A DNA stretch of 64,000 bases, taken from Hemiscyllium ocellatum. Lineage: Eukaryota. The DNA lies in contig NC_083440.1 of the NCBI RefSeq assembly GCF_020745735.1, positions 3,126,517-3,190,516 on the forward strand. Direction: 5' to 3'. Each line of letters begins with the position of its first letter. The stretch's first letter is position 1. The notes under the pieces were generated by a model. That model did not search any database, was not told the origin of the DNA, and saw only the letters and a program-made list of their open reading frames with translations. Below are positions 36,036-45,700 of the stretch, one piece after another. A program made the position numbers and the translations under genes.

Positions 36036-36180
36036 CTCAGAGAGATGTACAGCACGGAAACAGACCCTTCGGCCCAACCCATCCATGCTGTCCCAGATAT
36101 CCTAACCTAATCTAGTCCCATTTAGAGTCAGAGAGACGAACAGCACGGAAACAGGCCCTTCGGCCCAACCCGTCCATGAT
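36036..36180 (-). mobile_element. CR1 subfamily A tail, two copies
   Basis: CAGCACGGAAACAG(A/G)CCCTTCGGCCCAACCC appears twice. Confidence 0.85.
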
Positions 36181-38885
36181 GTCCCCCCGATACTCCCTGC
36201 CTTGCTGTGTCCTTCCTGCCTGTCCCCCTGACACTCCCTGCCTTGCTGTGTCCCACCTGCCTGTCCCCCCTGACACTTCCTGCCTTGCTGTGTCCTTCCT
36301 GCCTGTTCCCCCGACACTCCCTGCCTTGCTGTGTCCCTCCTGCCTGTCCCCCCCTGACACTCCCTGCCTGCTGTGTCCTTCCTGCCTGTCCCCCTGACAC
36401 TCCCTGCCTTGCTGTGTCCCTCCTGCCTGTCCCCCCCTGACACTCCCTGCCTTGCTGTGTCCCTCCTTCCTGTCCCCCTGACACTCCCTGCCTTGCTGTG
36501 TCCCTCCTGCCTGACCCCCCTGACACTCCCTGCCTTGCTCTGTCCCTCCTGCCTGTCCCCCCCTGACACTCCCTGCCTTGCTCTGTCCCTCCTGCCTGTC
36601 CCCCCTGACACTCCCTGCCTTGCTGTGTCCCTCCTGCCTGTCCCCCCCTGACACTCCCTGCCTTGCTGTGTCCCTCCTGCCTGTCCCCCCTGACACTCCC
36701 TGCCTTGCTGTGTACCTCCTGCCTGTCCCCCCCCCGACACTCCCTGCCTTGCTGTGTCCTTCCTGCCTGTTCCCCCGACACTCCCTGCCTTGCTGTGTCC
36801 TTCCTGCCTGTCCCCCCTGACACTCCCTGCCTTGCTGTGTCCCTCCTTCCTGTCCCCCTGACACTCCCTGCCTTGCTGTGTCCCTCCTGCCTGTCCCCCG
36901 ACACTCCCTGCCTTGCTGTGTACCTCCTGCTGTCCCCCCCTGACACTCCCTGCCTTGCTGTGTACCTCCTGCTGTCCCCCCCTGACACTCCCTGCCTTGC
37001 TGTGTCCCTCCTGCCTGTCCCCCTGACACTCCCTGCCTTGCTGTGTCCCTCCTGCCTGTCCCCCCCTGACACTCCCTGCCTTGCTGTGTCCCTCCTGCCT
37101 GTCCCCCCCTGACACTCCCTGCCTTGCTGTGTCCTTCCTGCCTGTCCCCCCTGACACTCCCTGCCTTGCTGTGTACCTCCTGCCTGTCCCCTTTGACACT
37201 CCCTGCCTTGCTGTGTACCTCCTGCCTGTCCCCCTGACACTCCCTGCCTTGCTGTGTCCCACCTGCCTGTCCCCCTGACACTCCCTGCCTTGCTGTGTAC
37301 CTCCTGCCTGTCCCCCTGACAATTCCCTGCCTTGCTGTCTCCCTCCTGCCTGTCCCCCCCGACACTCCCTGCCTTGCTGTGTCCCTCCTGCCTGTTCCCC
37401 CCTGACACTTCCTGCCTTGCTGTGTCCCTCCTGCCTGTCCCCCCTGACACTCCCTGCCTTGCTGTGTCCCTCCTGCCTGTCCCCCCCTGACACTCCCTGC
37501 CTTGCTGTGTCCCTCCTGCCTGTCCCCCCTGACACTCCCTGTCTTGCTGTGTCCTTCCTGCCTGTCCCCCTGACACTCCCTGCCTTGCTGTGTCCTTCCT
37601 GCCTGTCCCCCGACACTCCCTGCCTTGCTGTGTCCCTCCTGCCTGTCCCCCGACACTCCCTGCCTTGCTGTGTCCCTCCTGCCTGTCCCCCCTGACACTC
37701 CCTGCCTTGCTGTGTCCCACCTGCCTGTCCCCCCTGACACTCCCTGCCTTGCTGTGTCCTTCCTGCCTGTCCCCCCCTGACACTCCCTGCCTTGCTGTGT
37801 CCCTCCTGCCTGTCCCCCTGACACTCCCTGCCTTGCTGTGTCCCTCCTGCCTGTCCCCCCTGACACTCCCTGCCTTGCTGTGTCCCACCTGCCTGTTCCC
37901 CCTGACACTCCCTGCCTTGCTGTGTCCCTCCTGCCCGTCCCCCCCGACACTCCCTGCCTTGCTGTGTCCCTCCTGCCTGTCCCCCCTGACACTCCCTGCC
38001 TTGCTGTGTCCCACCTGCCTGTTCCCCCTGACACTCCCTGCCTTGCTGTGTCCCTCCTGCCTGTCCCCCCCGACACTCCCTGCCTTGCTGTGTCCCTCCT
38101 TCCTGTCCCCCCTGACACTCCCTGCCTTGCTGTGTACCTCCTGCCTGTCCCCTTTGACACTCCCTGCCTTGCTGTGTACCTCCTGCTGTCCCCCCGACAC
38201 TCCCTGCCTTGCTGTGTCCCTCCTTCCTGTCCCCCCTGACACTCCCTGCCTTGCTGTGTCCCTCCTTCCTGTCCCCCTGACACTCCCTGCCTTGCTGTGT
38301 ACCTCCTGTCTGTCCGCCCTGACACTCCCTGCCTTGCTGTGTACCTCCTGCTGTCCCCCCTGACACTCCCTGCCTTGCTGTGTACCTCCTGCTGTCCCCC
38401 CCTGACACTCCCTGCCTTGCTGTGTCCCTCCTGCCTGTCCCCCCTGACACTCCCTGCCTTGCTGTGTCCCTCCTGCCTGTCCCCCTGACACTCCCTGCCT
38501 TGCTGTGTCCCTCCTGCCTGTCCCCCCTGACACTCCCTGCCTTGCTGTGTACCTCCTGCTGTCCCCCCTGACACTCCCTGCCTTGCTGTGTACCTCCTGC
38601 TGTCCCCCCGACACTCCCTGCCTTGCTGTGTCCCTCCTTCCTGTCCCCCCTGACACTCCCTGCCTTGCTGTGTCCCTCCTTCCTGTCCCCCTGACACTCC
38701 CTGCCTTGCTGTGTACCTCCTGCTGTCCCCCCTGACCCTCCCTGCCTTGCTGTGTCCCTCCTTCCTGTCCCCCTGACACTCCCTGCCTTGCTGTGTACCT
38801 GCTGCCTGTCCCCCCTGACCCTCCCTGCCTTGCTGTGTACCTCCTGCTGTCCCCCCTGACCCTCCCTGCCATGCTCTGTCCCTGC
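36181..38885. repeat. C-rich minisatellite of about 42 bp (CTGACACTCCCTGCCTTGCTGTGTCCCTCCTGCCTGTCCCCC), more than 60 copies
   Basis: Direct periodicity of 41-44 nt with a variable C-run. Confidence 0.96.
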
Positions 38886-39242
38886 TGCCCACCACGTGTA
38901 GCTGTTATTTTCCCCCTGCCCAGGGGGTGGGTGGTGTCACTGACCGTGAGGTGCTGAAACTCTGTCAGCTCTGAGCCCTGGGGTCGGAAACGCGGCGTTA
39001 TCTCAGCAGGCAGTCTCTGTGTGTGTGTGTGTGTGTGTGGGAGTCGAGCCGTCCCCTCCAGCAACAACGACTGGTCAGAGTCCGTCCTGTAGCTGTTGGG
39101 ACTTCCTCCTGGAGAGTTACAGAAAAACTTTGCGTCAGTCTGCCCCCTTCTATCCAGCGCTCTGCAGAGTTTAACCCCCTTCCCTAATATCAGTCCTAAT
39201 TCCCTCCCTCCCCAGTTTACTCTCCTGACTCTCTCTCTTTTT

Positions 39243-39260
39243 GCTTTCGCTTTCACTTCC
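39243..39260 (-). promoter_or_regulatory. Overlapping ETS-IRF composite (EICE) and ISRE element upstream of the NLR gene
   Basis: The minus strand reads GGAAGTGAAAGCGAAAGC, which is GGAAnnGAAA plus GAAAnnGAAA. Confidence 0.6.
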
Positions 39261-39343
39261 TAATCTCTCTCTCTCTCTCCTCGCCACCTCACCCCTTTGC
39301 TTCCCTGCAGGAAGGTCTGTGTCCGCTCGCTTTCGTTACTCAC

Positions 39344-39563
39344 CGTCTCGGCACATCCACCTGCCCACCTCCCAACTCCCTGAAGGAGCCCAGACCCCTC
39401 GACAGAGTTCTCTGTGAGTGCCCCGTTCTCTCTCCCCAACCTGGTCTGGTTGCACTTCTCCCAGCAACCTCATGAGTCAGGGCTTTGTTGAGAAATGATT
39501 GGCCGCTCTCCGATGAGTGACATCTCATCGATCAGGGTCCTGCCGGAGAGAGTGAGGACGTCA
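39344..39563 (-). promoter_or_regulatory. Candidate non-coding first exon/promoter of the NLR
   Basis: Donor G|GTGAGT at 39343-39338, AP-1 TGAGTCA at 39473-39479, CCAAT at 39498-39502, CRE-like GACGTCA at 39557-39563. Confidence 0.4.
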
Positions 39564-39749
39564 AGACGCTGGAGCTCAGAGCTGAAGCTGTGTTGCTGGA
39601 AACGCCTGACCTGATATGGTGCTGTCCCAAAGTTCACTTGAGAATGTAACCTTTAAAGAAAAAGGTTTGCGATTTACGCACGACAGAAGCGATACGAGGC
39701 TGTTATTCGAACAGACGGGAGACGTGACGCACAATTGGGGTAAACACAG

Positions 39750-40910
39750 TGACTGCAGATGCTGGAAACCAGATTCTGGGTCAGTGGTGCTGGAAGAGCA
39801 CAGCAGTTCAGGCAGCATCCAACGAGCAGCGAAATCAACGTTTCGGGCAAAAGCCCTTCCTCAGGAATAAAGGCAGAGAGCCTGAAGGGTGGAGAGATAA
39901 GCTAGAGGGGGGTGGGGGTGGGGAGAGAGTATCATAGAGTACAATGGGTGAGTGGGGGAGGGGATGAAGGTGATAGGTCAGGGAGGAGAGGGTGGAGTGG
40001 GCAGGGGGAAAAGGAGCTAGGCAGGTAGGACATGTCCGGACAAGTCATGGGGACAGTGCTGAGCTGGAAGTTTGGAACTAGGGTGAGGTGGGGGAAGGGG
40101 AATGAGGAAACTGTTGAAGTCCACATTGATGCCCTGGGGTTGAAGTGTTCCGAGGCGAAGATGAGGCGTTCTTCCACCAGGCGTCTGGTGGTGAGGGAGC
40201 GGCGGTGAAGGAGGCCCAGGACCTCCATGTCCTCAGCAGAGTGGGAGGGGGAGTTGAAATGTTGGGCCACGGGGCGGTGTGGTTGATTGGTGCGGGTGTC
40301 CCGGAGATGTTCCCTAAAGCGCTCTGCTAGGAGGCGCCCAGTGTCTCCCCAATGTAGAGGAAACCGCATCGGGAGCAACGGATACAATAAATGATATTAG
40401 TGGATGTGCCGGTAAAACTTCGATGGATGTGGAAGGCTCCTTTAGGGCCTTGGATGGAGGTGAGGGAGGAGGTGTGGGCACAGGTTTTACAGTTCCTGCG
40501 GTGGCAGGGGGAAGGTGCCAGGATGGGAGGGTGGGTCGTAGGGGGGCGTGGACCTGACCAGGTAGACACGGAGGGAACAGTCTTTGCGGAAGGCAGAGAG
40601 GGGTGGGGAGGGAAATATATCCCTGGTGGTGGGGTCTTTTTGGAGGTGGCGGAAATGTCGGTGGATGATTTGGTTTATGCGAAGGTTGGTAGGGTGGAAG
40701 GTGAGCACCAGGGGCGTTCTGTCCTTGTTACGGTTGGAGGAGTGGGGTCTGAGGGTGGAGGTGCGGGATGTGGACGAGATGCGTTGGAGGGCATCGAACA
40801 ATTGAGGGAGTCTTCAGTGTATAATTCCAGTTACATCGCACTGTAAACTTTTGCTATGAATTCTGTGCTGTACCATCTCATTCTCCACCACCGCCCTGAT
40901 GAAGGAACGG
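39750..40910 (-). mobile_element. Neptune-type Penelope-like element, 3' part (linker, Cys-rich finger, GIY-YIG, 3' UTR with hammerhead at 39833-39868)
   Basis: PLVLTFHP, PCHRRNCKTC, NIIYCIRCSRCGFLYIGET and RFREH...PVAQHFN (frameshifted). CTGAGGA-AGGGCTTTTGCCC-GAAACGTT. Confidence 0.92.
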
Positions 40911-41364
40911 CCAAGGTAGGACTTTCTCCTGGTGTTGGGGCACCCACCCCAGTCCAACACCGGGACCTCCAAAGCACGATGTCTCATACCCTGAGGAGAG
41001 GAAACGGTGAGGGGGTAAGGATAGGGGTGACTGGCTGGATAAGGTTACAGCGGGACAGGTAAACGTAGCTCCAGCGACTGCTATGAGTTTATCTGAATTA
41101 AACTCCATCTGCCCCTTCTCAGCCCATTGGCCCATCTGGTCCAGATCCTGTTGTAGTCTGAGGGAACCCTCTTCGCTGTCCACTACACACAAGAACACAG
41201 AAGGTGCTGGAGAAACTCAGCAGCATCTGTGTGTGGGGGCGGGGGGGAGAGAGAGAGGAGGGGGGGTTGCTAAATAACTGTTCCGGTCCAATCCTTGCTC
41301 AGGAGGGGAGCTGGGAGTAAGTGACCAGGATCGTGAGAGGCGAGCCCTGAGGGGGAGTCAGGAA

Positions 41365-42650
41365 TCATAGAGTCAGAGAGATGTACAGCACGGAAACAGG
41401 CCCTTCAGCCCAACCCCGTCCATGCTGTCCCAGATATCCGAACCTAATCTAGTCCCATGTGCCAGCACTTGGCCCATCTCCCTCTAAACCCTTCCTATTC
41501 ATGTCCCCATCCACCTTTTAAACGCTGTCATTGTACCAGCCCCCACCACCTCCTCTGGCAGCTCATTCCATACACGTACCACCCTCTGGGGGAAAAAGTT
41601 ACCCCTTAGGTCCCTTTCCCCTCTCACCCTAAACCTATGCCCCTCTAGTTCTGGACTCCCCCACCCCAGGGGGAAAAGACTGTGTCTATTTACCCTATCC
41701 ATGCCCCTCATGGTTTTATAAACCTCTATAAGGTCACCCCTCAGCCTCCGACGCTCCAGGGAAAACAGCCCCAGCCTGTTCAGCCTCTCCCTGTAGCTCA
41801 GACCCTCCAACCCTGGCAACATCCTTGTAAATCTTTTCTGAACCCTTTCAAGTTTCACAACATCTTTCCGATAGGAAGGAGACCAGAATTACACGCAATA
41901 TTCCAACAGTGGCCTAACCAATGTCCTGTACAGCTGCAACATGACCTCCCAACTCCTGTACTCAATACTCTGACCAATAAAGGAAGACGCCTTCTTCATT
42001 ATCCTATCTACTTGTGACTCCACTTTCAAGGACTCCAAGGTCTCTTTGTTCAGCAACACTCCCTAGGACCTTAACATTAAGTGTATATATTTGCTTTCCC
42101 AAAATGCAGCCCCTCACATTTATCTGAATTAAACTCCATCTGCCACTTCTCAGCCCATTGGCCCATCTGGTCCAGATCCTGTTGTAATCTGAGGGAACCC
42201 TCTTCGCTGTCCACTACACCCTCCAATTTTGGGGTCATCTGCAAACTTACTAACTGTACCCCTAATGCTCACATCCAAATCATTTATGTAAATGACACAA
42301 AGTAGAGGGCCCAGCACCGATCCTTGTGGCACTCCCGTGGTCACAGGCCTCCAGTCTGAAAAACAACCCTCCACCACCACCCTCTGTCTTCTACCTTTGA
42401 GCCAGTTCTGTATCCAAATGGCTAGTTCTCCCTGTATCCCATGAGATCTAACCTTGCTAACCAGTCTCCCATGGGGAACCTTGTCGAACACCTTACTGAA
42501 GTCCATATAGATCACATCTACTGCTCTGCCCTCATCAATCCTCTTTGTTACTTCTTCAAAAAACTCAAGTTTGTGAGACATGATTTCCCACGCAGAAAGC
42601 CATGTTGACTATCCCAAATCAGTCCTTGCCTTTCCAAATACATGTACATC
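41365..42650 (-). mobile_element. CR1 subfamily A fragment (RT to tail); a short duplicate piece at about 41087-41188
   Basis: [29 protein letters not shown], and the subfamily A C-terminus. Confidence 0.93.
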
Positions 42651-42659
42651 CTGAGAGAG

Positions 42660-43395
42660 TGAGGGCAGCAGATGCTGGAGATCAGAGTCTAGAGTGTGGT
42701 GCTGGAAAAACACAGCAGGTCAGGCAGCATCCGAAGAGCAGGAGAATCGACGTTTTAGGGTATAAGCCATTCGTCAGGAATGAAAAGGGTGGCCCAAGTG
42801 GAGCGGGTGCTGAGAGATAAATGGGAGGGGGGTTGGGGCTGGGGGACAGGTGGCTGGGAATGAGGTAGATGAAGGTGGGTGGGTCAGAGAGGAGTGTGGA
42901 GAGGATAGGTGGGAAGGAAGGTGGACATGTCCATTGGATAGGTCATGAGGGTGGTGCCGAGTTGGATCTGGGATAAGGAGGGGGGAGGAGAGATGAGGAA
43001 ACTGGTCAAGCCCACATTGATGCCCTGGAGGTTCCCAAGGCAGAAGGTGAGGCGTTCTTCCTCCAGGCGTCGGGTGGCTAGGATTTAGTAGAGGAGGAGG
43101 CCCAGGAGCTGGCCTATCCTTGGCAGAGAGGGAGGGGGAGTTGGAGCGGTCAGACAAAGGGAGGTGGGGTTGTCGAGTGCATGTGTCCCGGGAATGAGGT
43201 AGAGGATGGTGGGGGGTGATGGTGATAGGTCAGAGAGCAGGGTGGAGAGGAGTGGAGGGTGGGTTAGTCGGGGGGTGGAACTAACAAGGGAAAGGTGGAG
43301 GGAAGGGTCTCTGCCGAAAGCAGATAAGGGTGGGGAGGGAAATATATCCCTGGGGGTGGGGATTGTTTTGAAGGTGATGGCAATGTCGGAGGATG
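42660..43395 (-). mobile_element. Degraded, rearranged Neptune-type PLE 3' fragment
   Basis: RDIFPSPPLSAF motif. Terminus GCAGATGCTGGAG...GCTGGAAAAACACAGCAGG. Hammerhead is mutated. Confidence 0.8.
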
Positions 43396-44289
43396 ATGCG
43401 TTGTGTTGGTGGGTTGGAGGTGGCTCAGTGGTTAGCACCGCGCTCTCCCAGCACCAGGGTCCCGGGCTCGATCCCACCGTCAGGGGAGGGGGGTGGGGGC
43501 GACTGTCCTTGTGGAGTTTGCACATTCTCCCATGTGTCTGCGTGGGTTTGCTCCGGTTTCCTCCCACACTCCAAACATGTGCAGGTTAGGGTGGGATTGG
43601 CCATGGGGAATTGGCCCATAGTGTCCCGGGGTGAGGGTGGATTGGCCATGGGGAAGTGTCCCATAGTGCCCTGGGGTTGGGGTGGATTGGCCATGGGGAA
43701 GTGTCCCATAGTGCCCCGGGGTTGGGGAGGATTGGCCATGGGGAAGTGTCCCATAGTGCCCCGGGGTTAGGGTGAATACCATGGGGAAGTGTCCCATAGT
43801 GCCCCAGGGTTGGGGTGGATTGGCCATGGGGATGTGTCCCATAGTGCCCCAGGGTTGGGGTGGATTGGCCATGGGGAAGTGTCCCATAGTGCCCTGGGGT
43901 TGGGGAGGATTGGCCATGGGGAAGTGTCCCATAGTGCCCTGGGGTTGGGGAGGATTGGCCATGGGGAAGTGTCCCATAGTGCCCCAGGGTTGGGGTGGAT
44001 TGGCCATGGGGAAGTGTCCCATAGTGCCCTGGGGTTGGGGAGGATTGGCCATGGGGAAGTGTCCCATAGTGCCCTGGGGTTGGGGAGGATTGGCCATGGG
44101 GAAGTGTCCCATAGTGCCCTGGGGTTGGGGTGGATTGGCCATGGGGAAGTGTCCCATAGTGCCCTGGGGTTGGGGTGGATTGGCCATGGGGAAGTGTAAA
44201 AAATGAGGTCTGCAGATGCTGGAGATCACAGCTGCAAATGTGTTGCTGGTCAAAGCACAGCAGGTTAGGCAGCATCTCAGGAATAGAGA

Positions 44290-44325
44290 ATTCGACGTTT
44301 CGAGCATAAGCCCTTCATCAGGAAT
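44290..44325 (-). ncRNA. Minimal hammerhead ribozyme motif
   Basis: ATTC-CTGATGA-A-GGGC TTAT GCTC-GAAA-CGTC-GAAT, with perfect stem I pairing. Confidence 0.78.
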
Positions 44326-44762
44326 AAGAGAGAGAGAGCCAAGCAGGCTAAGATAAAAGGTAGGGAGGAGGGACTAGGGGGAGGGGAGATGACCTGGGGG
44401 GTGCAGTGAGAGAGGGACTCACTGAAATCCTTGTAGAGGGAGGAAGAGAGCTTCTTCAAGGAAGGCATCCTTGTAAGAGGATTCGCAGTAGGTTAAAATC
44501 TTCGAGTAAAAAATGAGGTCTGCAGATGCTGCAGACCTCATTTTTTACTCGAATCCAGCATCTGCAGACCTCATTTTTTACTCGAAGATTTTAACCGACT
44601 GCGAATCCTCTTACAAGGATGCCTTCCTTGAAGAAGCTCTCTTCCTCCCTCTACAAGGATTTCAGTGAGTCCCTCTCTCACTGCACCCCCCCAGGTCATC
44701 TCCCCTCCCCCTAGTCCCTCCTCCCTACCTTTTATCTTAGCCTGCTTGGCTCTCTCTCTCTT

Positions 44763-44798
44763 ATTCCTGATGAAGGGTTTATGCTCGAAACGTCGAGT
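44763..44798 (+). ncRNA. Minimal hammerhead ribozyme motif
   Basis: ATTC-CTGATGA-A-GGGT TTAT GCTC-GAAA-CGTC-GAGT. Differences from its twin are G-U compatible. Confidence 0.72.
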
Positions 44799-45239
44799 TC
44801 TCTATTCCTGAGATGCTGCCTAACCTGCTGTGCTTTGACCAGCAACACATTTGCAGCATGGGGAAGTGTCCCATAGTGCCCTGGGGTTAGGGTGGATTGG
44901 CCATGGGGAAGTGTCCCATAGTGCCCTGGGGTTGGGGTGGATTGGCCATGGGGAAGTGCCCCATAGTGCCCTGGGGTTGGGGTGGATTGGCCATGGGGAA
45001 GTGTCCCATAGTGCCCCAGGGTTAGGGTGGATTGGCCATGGGGAAGTGTCCCATAGTGCCCTGGGGTTGGGGTGGATTGGCCATGGGGAAGTGTCCCATA
45101 GTGCCCTGGGGTTGGGGTGGATTGGCCATGGGGAAGTGTCCCATAGTGCCCCGGGGTTAGGGTGGATTGGCCATGGGGAAGTGTCCCATAGTGCCCCGGG
45201 GTTAGGGTGGATTGGCCATGGGGAAGTGCCCCATAGTCA

Positions 45240-45700
45240 CTGGGGGCGGTGTCGGGATTCGAACCCCTTCCCCCGCGGGGAGGGGGCGTGGCCAGCGCCG
45301 GCCCCGCGGTGCCCGCGATCAGAGCCTGCGCCACTGCTCGCGCATGCGCGGCGCCTGCGCGGACGCCGCTGTTGAAGCTGCGGGTGCCGGCGGGCGGACG
45401 GAGACATGGCGCCGCGGCCCGGGATCCCCGTCCTCCTCCTCCTCCTCCTGCTCCTGCTCCGGGGCAGCGGGGCCCAGCCGCACCCGGCCTCCGCCGCCAA
45501 CGTCTTCCGGCAGGCGGCCGCCGCCCTCAGGGGGATGCTGCCGGAGCCCGTCCGGGAGGTGACCGACACCGCCCACTCCTCGGGGGTCTGGGGCCGGGAG
45601 GAACAGGAAAGGCCGAGGCTTCAGGGCGGGAGCTAGGCCCGAGCTCGGGGGGGGCGGGGCCAGGGCCAGCAATGGGCGGGGCGCCTCCTGATTGGCTGAT
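45240..45700 (+). promoter_or_regulatory. CpG-island promoter of the TMEM109-like gene
   Basis: Dense CpG, GC box GGGGGCGTGGC at 45282-45292, NRF1 palindrome GCGCATGCGC at 45340-45349. Confidence 0.8.
45406..45558 (+). CDS. TMEM109: TMEM109-like exon 1 (signal peptide)
   Basis: GACATGG Kozak, poly-Leu signal peptide, GAG|GTGACC donor. Confidence 0.82.

Larger units (their letters stand above)
44198..44857. mobile_element. Inverted dimer of a 310-nt non-autonomous Penelope-derived element with hammerhead ribozymes
   Basis: Arms 44231-44531 and 44556-44857 are near-perfect inverted repeats. The terminus AAAAAATGAGGTCTGCAGATGCTG recurs at 44198 and 44508. The insertion is flanked by duplicated ATGGGGAAGTGT. 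Confidence 0.88.
43418..45240 (+). repeat. V-domain SINE head followed by a 45-bp G-rich variant array (GGGGTTGGGGTGGATTGGCCATGGGGAAGTGTCCCATAGTGCCCT), interrupted at 44198-44857
   Basis: SINE head at 43418-43590. About 13 + 8 units of 45 nt. Confidence 0.92.

Noticed and set aside
36102-39256. 782-1042-aa G/Q/R-rich ORFs
   Set aside because: Translation of a 42-bp array with frame-shifting unit lengths, open in all frames.
45559-45636. Single-exon 76-aa secreted peptide
   Set aside because: Read-through of the TMEM109 exon 1 donor; the spliced model fits the family better.
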